Shown in pieces: positions 8,014 to 16,453 of a DNA stretch of 27,629 nt. Under the pieces are notes generated by a model. It had not been told where the DNA came from. It made no database searches and saw only the letters and a program-made list of their open reading frames with translations. Positions within the stretch are counted from its first letter, which is position 1. Every line of letters begins with the position of its first letter. This DNA is from a virus (taxonomy: Duplodnaviria > Caudoviricetes): positions 1-27,629 of the IMG/VR virus record IMGVR_UViG_3300027798_003445; one strand, 5' to 3'. The translations under genes and the position numbers were made by a program.

Positions 8014-8351
8014 GCCTAAGCACCGAACAAGCCGCATTCTTGTTGGACTTTTGCAGGCTGATCCAATACGCCACAGAGCAGGGTTTTGTTGTGACCGCTG
8101 GCGAAGTTGCCCGTACCCCCGAACAGCAAGCCATTTACTTCAAGACAGGACGCTCAAAGACCATGAATTCCATCCACCTAAAACGGTGTGCTGGAGACTT
8201 GAACTTCTTCAAGGATGGGAAGATAATATGGGACAAGGGCATCCTTGCGCCGTTGGGTGCTTATTGGGAATCTTTGAACCCCAAAAACCGCTGGGGAGGG
8301 AACTTCAAATCGCTTGTCGATTGTCCTCATTTTGAGCGTAATGTTGGTTAA
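8010..8351 (+). CDS. Endolysin, peptidase M15 family (L-Ala-D-Glu peptidase-like)
   Basis: R-T-x-E-Q-Q, S-x-H-x6-D (SIHLKRCAGD) and WGGNF...D-x-P-H-F-E zinc peptidase motifs. Confidence 0.9.
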   Translation: MSLSTEQAAFLLDFCRLIQYATEQGFVVTAGEVARTPEQQAIYFKTGRSKTMNSIHLKRCAGDLNFFKDGKIIWDKGILAPLGAYWESLNPKNRWGGNFKSLVDCPHFERNVG

Positions 8352-8365
8352 AAAGGAGCCTCAGA

Positions 8366-9001
8366 ATGACAACCGCTGTTGCCCAAACATATGACAACCT
8401 AGTCACCAGCGTCGAGGCGTATTTAGAGCGTACTGACGCCGTCACTATTGCCTACATCCCCACCTTCATCATGCTGGCTGAGCAGGTGCTTGCCGCTGAC
8501 ATGAAGTTTTTGGGGAACATAAACGTTGGTACGTTCTCGTTGGTTGCAACCCAGTCGATTGTTCCAAAGCCTGCTCGTTGGCATAAAACCGTTTCGATGA
8601 CCATGATTGTTGATGGTCAGCGCACCCCATTGTTCTTGCGTAAGTACGAGTATCTGCGGGAATATTGGCCTAGCACCACAGCCACCGATCAGCCAAAGTT
8701 TTACGGCGACTACGATTACACCCACTGGTTGATAGCCCCCACGCCTGACGTTGCCTACAGCGTCGAGACCGTGTACTACGAGCGCGTCCAGCCCTTGGAC
8801 TCAACCAACCAAACCAATTGGTTCACACAATATGCGCCGCAAGCCATGTTGTATGGAACCTTGTTGCAAGCGATGCCTTTCCTCAAGAACGACGAGCGTT
8901 TACAAATGTGGCAAGCACAGTACACGCAAATCATCAGCACCTTGAAGGAAGAAGATAAGAGACGGCTTGCTGACCGTCAAGCCATAGCGATTGACTCATA
9001 A
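8366..9001 (+). CDS. Putative head-tail adaptor / tail tubular protein A-like
   Basis: AAGGAG RBS; TYDNL..SV..YL.R.D, IPTFI.LAE, P.FY, .APTPD.AY, NW....P..LYG.L..A.PFLKNDER pattern; about 210 aa; position before nozzle. Confidence 0.7.
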   Translation: MTTAVAQTYDNLVTSVEAYLERTDAVTIAYIPTFIMLAEQVLAADMKFLGNINVGTFSLVATQSIVPKPARWHKTVSMTMIVDGQRTPLFLRKYEYLREYWPSTTATDQPKFYGDYDYTHWLIAPTPDVAYSVETVYYERVQPLDSTNQTNWFTQYAPQAMLYGTLLQAMPFLKNDERLQMWQAQYTQIISTLKEEDKRRLADRQAIAIDS

Positions 9002-10239
9002 TGACTTCATACATAAGCCCATTCACAGGCGACGTTATTGTCCCAACCGACGTCAGCTACGCTTCGTACACGCTGACTGCCACCCTGCAACTGGTTTGGC
9101 CTGCAAACGGCACAGATGCAAACAATGTATGTGCGCGGATCATGGACATTCAGGCGGCAAGCTCGGTTCCGCAACTGAAGTTTCCTCCCGCCGATCAAGC
9201 GTCGGTGGGAACTGATGCCTTAATACGAAATGTTGGTGCTTTCACGATAACCGTGACCGACTACAACGGCAACACAATTGCAACGGTTGCGGCGGGAACT
9301 GCCCGATACGTTTACCTGACAAGCAATTCCACCTCCAGCGGCGTTTGGGGTGTCTTTACCTTTGGTACGGGAACCTCTACCGCTGACGCCGCAACCCTTG
9401 CGGGCTATGGCTTACTTGCCAGCGGCTTGACTCTTAATCAAAGCCACCCCGTAAGTCAACTTTCCGCAAACTACACCTTTGCAACCACAGACCGCGCCCA
9501 AGTGTTGGCTTGGCCCACCTCGGGTGGTGCAACTAACGCTTACCTGCCCTTGGCGTCAACCATTGGCAACAACTGGTTTGTGCTGTTAAAAAACAATGGC
9601 ACGGGCACCTTGTTGTTAAACACTACGAGCAGTGAGTTATTGGATGGAACTTCGTCTGCGAAGACTTTTCAGCCCGGTGATTCGGCGTTTGTCATCTGTA
9701 CTGGCACCTCCTACGTCACTGTAGGCTACGGCGTTAGCACTGAGTTTGCTTTTACCGCGCTCACCAAGGTAGTCACCACTGGCTCATACACCCTAACGGC
9801 GTCTGAAGCCTCCAACAGCATTCAAAAATACACTGGCGCTCTAACAGGCAACGTTACCGTTTACTTCCCACCCGTGGTCAATCTGTACGTCATCAGTAAC
9901 CAAACCACTGGCGCCTTTACGCTGACAATTGGAACAACTTTAGGAACCACGGTCACGGTGGCGGCAAACACTCAAGCCACTTTAATTTGCGATGGCACTA
10001 ACTTTTTGAATGCCAATACGAGCACCATAAGCGGAACAAACATTTCAATGGTCGATGGAACGGTGTCAAACCCTGCGGTGTTCTTTGCTTCGGAGACAAA
10101 CACTGGCGTTTTCCGACCCGCCGCTGGGCAGTATGGACTTTCCATCCTTGGCGCTTTGGTGTTAAACACAAAGGCGGCTGGTATTGAAGTTACAGGAACA
10201 GGAACCTTTTCGGGTGGCGTGTCAGGGGGCACGTTCTAA
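9001..10239 (+). CDS. Virion tail structural protein (beta-rich, three similar domains)
   Basis: Thr-rich; recurring N-x-x-x-G-x-x-T...V/L-I-C-x-G-T units; C-terminal DGTVSNPAVFFASETNTGVFR fibre-type motif; TAATG coupling at both ends. Confidence 0.65.
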   Translation: MTSYISPFTGDVIVPTDVSYASYTLTATLQLVWPANGTDANNVCARIMDIQAASSVPQLKFPPADQASVGTDALIRNVGAFTITVTDYNGNTIATVAAGTARYVYLTSNSTSSGVWGVFTFGTGTSTADAATLAGYGLLASGLTLNQSHPVSQLSANYTFATTDRAQVLAWPTSGGATNAYLPLASTIGNNWFVLLKNNGTGTLLLNTTSSELLDGTSSAKTFQPGDSAFVICTGTSYVTVGYGVSTEFAFTALTKVVTTGSYTLTASEASNSIQKYTGALTGNVTVYFPPVVNLYVISNQTTGAFTLTIGTTLGTTVTVAANTQATLICDGTNFLNANTSTISGTNISMVDGTVSNPAVFFASETNTGVFRPAAGQYGLSILGALVLNTKAAGIEVTGTGTFSGGVSGGTF

Positions 10240-12233
10240 TGACTGAAAAGGTTTTTGCCCTCGATACCAAGCCGGGCATCCAGCGGGATGGAACCATAGT
10301 CGATGCAACCTGCTACACAGACGGTGAATGGGTGCGCTTCCAACGTGGTCGTCCTCGCAAAATGGCGGGCTACGTTCAGATTACAAACGACTGGGCAGGC
10401 CCCTCAAGGGGTCTTTTTATTGACCCGCGCAACGGCTTTAACGTAATTTACAGCGGCTACTCGGATGGCTTGCAAAACTTAACGGTTGACCAAAATGGTG
10501 TTGGCGCGGGTATTGTGGACTTTACGTTGTCCGACTTTACTGCAAACGTAAACAACTTGTGGCAATTCGATGCGGTGTTCGACGCGTCAGGCAATGGGGT
10601 GGCAAACTTGATTGCGCACCCGGGGCAGAACCTCACCGCAATCGACAGCACCGTCAACACCCCTGTTCTGTTTGGCCCAACCTCGGGCACAACCATGTCG
10701 CAAGTCGGCGTTTTTACGCTGTCAGCCACCACCGCGTCATCAACAACCATAACCGTTGCCTCGACTGCTTTGATTGGTGCTGGGCAAATCATCACTGGCT
10801 CAAACATCCCCGCCAACACAACGGTGGTGTCTGTCACCAACGCAACTACTTTTGTCATATCAAACGCGGCAACAAGCTCAATAACTTTAAACATCACCAT
10901 TAACAATAGCGTGTCGGTTTCAGGCGGCGCAGTTATGCTGTTTCCATACCTATTCACATATGGAAATTTTGGCTTGATTCGCAACTCAGGTGCAGGCAAC
11001 TTGAATGATTGGGTATCCGCAACGGCAAACTCAACCAACGTGACATCTACCAAGATTGTCAAAGGTTTGCCTGTTCGGGGTGGCTCTAACGCTCCATCAG
11101 GCTTGTTTTGGTCTCTTGACTCGCTGGTGCGCGTGAGCTTTACGCCAACCACGGTAACCACTGGCGTAACCTCAAGCACCTTTTACTGGCGCTATGACAT
11201 CATTTCAAGCCAGTCTTCTATCATGTCTTCGCAGGGCGTGATCGAGTATGACGGCATTTATTACTGGTGCGGAATTGACCGATTCTTGCTGTACGGCGGT
11301 ACGGTTCAAGAGATCCCAAATACCTTTAACCAAAACTACTTTTTTGACAACGTAAATTACGTTCAGCGCCAAAAGGTGTTTGCCATGAAGGTGCCTCGCT
11401 ACGGTGAAATTTGGTGGTATTACCCAAGGGGTCAAGCCACCGAATGCACTGATGCAGTGATCTACAACGTGCGCGAAAAGTGCTGGTATGACGCTGGAGA
11501 AGCCCTTGGATCCCAACGCTGTGCGGGATACTTTTCGCAAGTTTTTCACTATCCAGTGTTGGCTGGTTATGCAACCAACGCCAGTGGTGGCGTGAACGCG
11601 GTGACCCTCACCGCTGGCGGCACCTCGTACACCAATGGCACATACCAGTTTATTGCTCTTACTGGAGGCTCAGGTACAGGCGCAACAGCCACAATCACCG
11701 TTGCTGGCGGCATAGTCACAACGGTTGTAATAAATAACCGAGGACAAAATTACACAATAGGCAACGTCTTGTCTGCCGCTTTGCCCGTGGGGTCAGGCTT
11801 TCAACTGACGGTTGGCACGCTGATGACCTTTACGTCGTTATGGCAACATGAAATTGGCGTGGATTTGATAGCTGGAACAAACGTTCTTGCCATCAAGAGC
11901 AGTTTTGAAACCAATGATATTGGTTGGGTTAGTGGAGGCCCATCAGAGCCGTCCTTGCAGGGCGTGAACCGATGGTTGCGTCTTGAGCGCGTAGAGCCTG
12001 ACTTTATTCAAGAAGGGCAAATGGAGCTATACATCACTGGGCGACCCTATGCGCAGACGGCTGACAAAGTATCTAGCGCGTTTGTGTTTACACCAACCAC
12101 TGGAAAAATTGACATGAAAGAACAGCGACGCGAGATGCGCCTAATCTTTGTGTCAGACATTGCTGGTGGCGACTACCAACTTGGTAAAGTGATGTTGAGC
12201 GGCGCAATAGGAGACGTTCGTGGCTACGAATAA
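10239..12233 (+). CDS. Putative tail nozzle / packaged-DNA stabilisation protein (tubular B / P22 gp10-like)
   Basis: KPGIQRDGT...WVRFQRGRPRKMAG N-terminus; YYWCG.DRF.LY.G.V, EIWWYYP, VIYN..E..WY propeller-like motifs; 664 aa. Confidence 0.7.
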   Translation: MTEKVFALDTKPGIQRDGTIVDATCYTDGEWVRFQRGRPRKMAGYVQITNDWAGPSRGLFIDPRNGFNVIYSGYSDGLQNLTVDQNGVGAGIVDFTLSDFTANVNNLWQFDAVFDASGNGVANLIAHPGQNLTAIDSTVNTPVLFGPTSGTTMSQVGVFTLSATTASSTTITVASTALIGAGQIITGSNIPANTTVVSVTNATTFVISNAATSSITLNITINNSVSVSGGAVMLFPYLFTYGNFGLIRNSGAGNLNDWVSATANSTNVTSTKIVKGLPVRGGSNAPSGLFWSLDSLVRVSFTPTTVTTGVTSSTFYWRYDIISSQSSIMSSQGVIEYDGIYYWCGIDRFLLYGGTVQEIPNTFNQNYFFDNVNYVQRQKVFAMKVPRYGEIWWYYPRGQATECTDAVIYNVREKCWYDAGEALGSQRCAGYFSQVFHYPVLAGYATNASGGVNAVTLTAGGTSYTNGTYQFIALTGGSGTGATATITVAGGIVTTVVINNRGQNYTIGNVLSAALPVGSGFQLTVGTLMTFTSLWQHEIGVDLIAGTNVLAIKSSFETNDIGWVSGGPSEPSLQGVNRWLRLERVEPDFIQEGQMELYITGRPYAQTADKVSSAFVFTPTTGKIDMKEQRREMRLIFVSDIAGGDYQLGKVMLSGAIGDVRGYE

Positions 12234-12480
12234 TCCTGTTGGACTGGTATATGACCCAAGGTATCACACGTTTTCTTCGTGGGCTTCGCTCATGTGTGAA
12301 CTGTATGCCGCTCAGCAACTTGCAATACCCACCGACTCAACAGACTGGCACCAGTGGGGCAACGGTCTGTTGGCAATTGATGTGTTCACCAATGAAGCCG
12401 CCCCAACCACTGACCTCTATGATGATTGGGAAGCATGGGCAACGGCATTGATGGGAGCGGTTAATCCGAGACCACAATGA
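12220..12480 (+). CDS. Small Trp-rich hypothetical virion-region protein
   Basis: GGAG RBS, GTG start; YDPR..TF..WA.LM.E.YA.QQL; ATGA overlap downstream. Confidence 0.7.
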   Translation: MATNNPVGLVYDPRYHTFSSWASLMCELYAAQQLAIPTDSTDWHQWGNGLLAIDVFTNEAAPTTDLYDDWEAWATALMGAVNPRPQ

Positions 12481-12899
12481 AAGAAGCTACTACACAAGAA
12501 ATTATTCGCGATGCTCCCATTACCAAAGATATGGGGGAGCACTGGGAAATTACGTACTACGGCATCAATGAAGCAATTAAAAAAGGGCAAAAAAGTCGGC
12601 TTTTTCGACATGAAAACTCATTGTTGTTTTTTATCATAGATGATGATGATGAAGATGTTGTTTCAGGAGTTGTTTTTAGCATAGAGCCACCTCGCTCTGA
12701 GGCAAAAGCTTACGTTGAGTTTTGCAGGGCATTGGCATTTGCAAAATATAAAGAGTTGACTGTGCACGCAAGAAACCCGCTAATAAAAAAATTAGTAGAT
12801 GAAGCTGGTTACTCTTCGCAAAAAGAAAACGTTGAAAAAGGAAAAAACGGCAAGGAAGAATATGATTTAAAAATATTCTTGGATGGGAGTGACCAATAA
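12477..12899 (+). CDS. Hypothetical protein, possibly degenerate GNAT fold
   Basis: Coupled at both ends; AT-richer than neighbours; sits between nozzle and ejection genes, where podoviruses often carry a GNAT-like gene. Confidence 0.5.
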   Translation: MKEATTQEIIRDAPITKDMGEHWEITYYGINEAIKKGQKSRLFRHENSLLFFIIDDDDEDVVSGVVFSIEPPRSEAKAYVEFCRALAFAKYKELTVHARNPLIKKLVDEAGYSSQKENVEKGKNGKEEYDLKIFLDGSDQ

Positions 12900-15800
12900 T
12901 GTCATGGAAAAAGGTTCGAAAAGCCGCAAGTAATGTTGCTAAAGCCGCTGGCGACGTGGTTAACGTTGTTGGGCACGTGGCTAATACAGTATATAAGGCG
13001 GTTGTCCCTGAAAAAGCTCAAAACGCATGGAACACGTCAGTCGGCGGTGATAGCGCTGTGGGGAATGTAGTTGACAATACTGGTCGAGTTGTACAAAAGC
13101 AAGCTGAGGCTGTCACTGAAGCAAGTCTTGCGCAGGCTAGAGCTTTTGTAAAAAAACCATTGCCATACCTTGCAACTATGGGTCTTTCCCAATTTTTGCC
13201 TTACAACGTTGCATCAGGGCTTGTCAATGCTGTAAGGACTGGAGATTTCAACCCAATGGTCATTGACATGGGTATGAATTATGTAAGTGAGGGGCTAAGT
13301 TCTTTTCTTGGCAAAGACGCAAATAGCCGTTACGGCAGAACTTTAATTGGCATGTCTGTTCCTGCAATGACCGCCGCATTACGTGGCGGCACCCAAGAGC
13401 AGGTGGCGAATGCTGGAGTGTCAGGCGGTGTAGGTGCTTATGTAAACGACATATTAACTACGCCAAAAGATCAGGGTGGGTATGGCTTGAAACCCAGTGA
13501 CATAACGCACAAAATGACTACTAACGCAACCACGGCGGCAACAAGAGCAATATTAAACGGTCAAAACGTTGGTGATGCAATTGTTGAATCAGCTATGGTG
13601 ACTGGTGGCTCGTTTGCTGTTGGTAAAGCATATGAAAATATAACCAAAAATTCAGAAACATTACAAACAGCCCAACAAAAGTTTGATGAGGCAAAACAAA
13701 AAGTTAAAGATCTGTGGGAAGGCAGGCCAAATTTAGTAAGCGACCATGAAAAAATGGTCTTAGCCGCACAAGCCGCTAAGAATGCGCAAGATAACTACAT
13801 GCTTGCAAACAGTTATGCAAAAGATTTATCAAAAAAATATGACGATGGAGAAATATTTGATCCCGAGCAAGTAAGGCGGTTTCAAGATTATGCAGACGGT
13901 CTTTATGATTCCGCAAAAAGGCACGAACAAGATTTTGACGCCGCAAAAGGCAATTACGAAAGAGAAGCTATTAGTTCAGGCTATGCACAAGCAGAAACTG
14001 ATTTTGAACAAGCAAGTTTTGATGTGCGCGTAGCTGATACGGCGCTATTAGAATCTCAAAAAGAATTTACTGGAGCCTACCAAGACTATGAAAGCACTGT
14101 AAATCTTGCACAATTTCTTACGGATTATGAAATTGCCGAACTTGCGGCTGAAAATATAAACGAAGAAGTAATGCAGGCGCAAGAAGAACTTGCGGGATTA
14201 GAGCAAAATCTTGGTGAAGAGCCTGATCAATTTGAATCGCAAGAAGAATTTGAAGCAAGGACAAATCCTCAAACTGAAACAACGTTAACTCCACGGCAAG
14301 AGGCAGAACAAGATGCGCTAGTTAAAGCTTCACAAGCATACACACAAACTCCTGCTGAGCGTATGCAGGAAGAAGCAAATCTGCTTCAGGAAAAACATTT
14401 AGAAGAACAGCAAAAGAAAGCCGAAGCTTATGCCGAAGCTGAAGCTAAACTGACTAATCAGGAAAAATTTGCTCGGGATAATCCTGAGTTGGCTATGAAT
14501 CAGCAAATAAACGCTGAACGTGAACAGCAAATACAAAAAGATGCAGAAGCTAGAGCCAAAGCAGACGCATTACTATCTCCTGCGGAAAAGTTACAACGTG
14601 ATGATCCCGAGAAGGCTAGAGAAATACATTTACAAAATTTGCGTCAACAGGAACACAACGCACAAGTAAAAGCCGCAGAAGAGGCAAAATTAGCCGCAGA
14701 AAATCGTGAAGCTGAACGCGCAAGGCAACTTGATGCCGCAAACCCTAATTGGCGTCAACAGGAAGCAGAAGCAGAAGCTCAAGCGGCGTTGTTTGCAAAG
14801 TACCCCGAGATGCGTGCAGAATTTAATGCAGAGCAGGATCGAAAGCGTGAAGCGGAAGAACGCCAAAAACGCATCGACGAAGAAGAAGCTAATTTAAAAA
14901 TAGCAAGAGAAAACCAAAAAATAATAGATGAGCAACGCGCACAACGCGCCGAACAAGCCGCCAAAGATGCCGCAGAAGCAGAGGCAGAAGACAAAAGACG
15001 AATGGCTAAATTTTTGGAAGAGTATCAAAGAAAAGAATTTGAAAACTCTCCTGAGGGTATACGTCAAGCCCAAGAAAAACAAGCCTTAGAAAAAGCTAGA
15101 TTAGACGAACAACATAAAGCGGAAGTCAGAGCCGCAGAACAACGAGCTAAAGAAAAAGCTGATGCTGATGCTTTAGCTGAACACAACGCACAAGTAAAGG
15201 CCGCTGAAGACGCAAGAGTAGCCGCAAGTAAAACTACAACTCAACCTGCAACCGCAACGCCCACAACCACCGAGCCAAAACAAACGCAAATTGGAGCCGC
15301 CATAACTGCCGCTGGCACTGCCGCCGCAACCTCTGCAATAGCCAAAAAAATTGCCGAAGATAAAGCCGCCCAAGCAAGAGCAGAAGCAATTGCAAAACAA
15401 GATGCGGCAAGAGCACAAGCAAAAGCCGCCTATGACGAAAGAGTCAGACTTCAACAAGAAGCTCAGGCAAAAGCAAAAGCCGAATATGACGCCAAGGTAA
15501 AAGCCCAAGCCGATGCTAAAGCCGCCGCTCAAGCAAAAGCTAAGGCTGACTATGACGAAAAAGTCAGAATAGCAAAAGAATTTCAAGACAAATCAAGAGC
15601 GGATGCTTTGGCAAAAGCAAAAGCAGAGCATGAGGCTAAGTTAGCGGCTCAAGCAGAAGCAAAAGCCGCCGCCGAAGCAAAAGCTAAAGCTGACTATGAT
15701 GAAAAGGTTAGATTAAAAGCTGAATATGATGCCAAAGTAAAAGCGGATCAAGATGCAAAAGCCGCCGCTTACGCAAAAGCAAAAGCCGAATACGATGCTA

Positions 15801-16444
15801 AAGCAAAAGCTGATTACGATGCAAAGACTGCCGCCTACGCCGCCGCAAAAGCCGCTTACGACGAAAAGGTCAGACTAAAAGCCGAATACGACGCCAAAGT
15901 AAAAGCCGCCGCTGACGCAAAAGCCAAAGCCGAAGCGTTTGCAAAAGCCCAAGCTGACATAAAAGCCGCCGCCGCCGCAAAAGCCAAGGCCGAATCAGAT
16001 GCAATAGCCGCCGCCGAAAACACTGGAACAGAGCCCCCAGTTACTTCCACTACTGGAGGTCTGCCAACCGTTGTTCCAACAGGCACGTTGACCCCTGTAA
16101 CCAAGCCTACAGGAACCCTAACGCCAGTTACGCCAACTGGCGGCTTAAATGCGGTTAGTACCCCAACAACTACGCCAGTCACAAAACCCGCAACTAACTT
16201 GCCTACAACGCCAACCTCGACGACAATTGCACCACCAACTGGTACGCTGACGCCCGTAGTCAAACCACCAACTGGCACGCTGACTCCTGTGACAAAACCA
16301 ACTGGTACGTTGACCCCTGTGGCAAAACCAGCGGGCACGTTGACACCTGTAGCAAAACCGACTGGTACGCTGACTCCTGCGATAAAACCAACGGGTGCTT
16401 TGACATCTGTGGTTAAGCCAAGTGGCACCCTCACGCCTGTATAG
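12899..16444 (+). CDS. Large putative internal virion/ejection protein (1181 aa)
   Basis: Gly/Ala-rich N-terminus, long E/Q/K/A coiled coil, Ala-Lys repeats and Pro/Thr tail; position after nozzle. Confidence 0.65.
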   Translation: MSWKKVRKAASNVAKAAGDVVNVVGHVANTVYKAVVPEKAQNAWNTSVGGDSAVGNVVDNTGRVVQKQAEAVTEASLAQARAFVKKPLPYLATMGLSQFLPYNVASGLVNAVRTGDFNPMVIDMGMNYVSEGLSSFLGKDANSRYGRTLIGMSVPAMTAALRGGTQEQVANAGVSGGVGAYVNDILTTPKDQGGYGLKPSDITHKMTTNATTAATRAILNGQNVGDAIVESAMVTGGSFAVGKAYENITKNSETLQTAQQKFDEAKQKVKDLWEGRPNLVSDHEKMVLAAQAAKNAQDNYMLANSYAKDLSKKYDDGEIFDPEQVRRFQDYADGLYDSAKRHEQDFDAAKGNYEREAISSGYAQAETDFEQASFDVRVADTALLESQKEFTGAYQDYESTVNLAQFLTDYEIAELAAENINEEVMQAQEELAGLEQNLGEEPDQFESQEEFEARTNPQTETTLTPRQEAEQDALVKASQAYTQTPAERMQEEANLLQEKHLEEQQKKAEAYAEAEAKLTNQEKFARDNPELAMNQQINAEREQQIQKDAEARAKADALLSPAEKLQRDDPEKAREIHLQNLRQQEHNAQVKAAEEAKLAAENREAERARQLDAANPNWRQQEAEAEAQAALFAKYPEMRAEFNAEQDRKREAEERQKRIDEEEANLKIARENQKIIDEQRAQRAEQAAKDAAEAEAEDKRRMAKFLEEYQRKEFENSPEGIRQAQEKQALEKARLDEQHKAEVRAAEQRAKEKADADALAEHNAQVKAAEDARVAASKTTTQPATATPTTTEPKQTQIGAAITAAGTAAATSAIAKKIAEDKAAQARAEAIAKQDAARAQAKAAYDERVRLQQEAQAKAKAEYDAKVKAQADAKAAAQAKAKADYDEKVRIAKEFQDKSRADALAKAKAEHEAKLAAQAEAKAAAEAKAKADYDEKVRLKAEYDAKVKADQDAKAAAYAKAKAEYDAKAKADYDAKTAAYAAAKAAYDEKVRLKAEYDAKVKAAADAKAKAEAFAKAQADIKAAAAAKAKAESDAIAAAENTGTEPPVTSTTGGLPTVVPTGTLTPVTKPTGTLTPVTPTGGLNAVSTPTTTPVTKPATNLPTTPTSTTIAPPTGTLTPVVKPPTGTLTPVTKPTGTLTPVAKPAGTLTPVAKPTGTLTPAIKPTGALTSVVKPSGTLTPV
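15360..16020 (+). repeat. Ala/Lys-rich helical repeats AKA(D/E/A)YD(E/A)K(V/A)
   Basis: About nine imperfect copies of the AxYDxK unit. Confidence 0.85.
16072..16441 (+). repeat. (K)PTGTLTPV(T/A) repeats, mostly 30 nt period
   Basis: About ten copies up to the stop codon with synonymous divergence. Confidence 0.9.
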
Positions 16445-16453
16445 GAAGCAAAA

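Noticed and set aside
15170-16020. Captured host tolA gene
   Set aside because: Similarity is compositional only; no N-terminal TM anchor or TolA C-terminal domain
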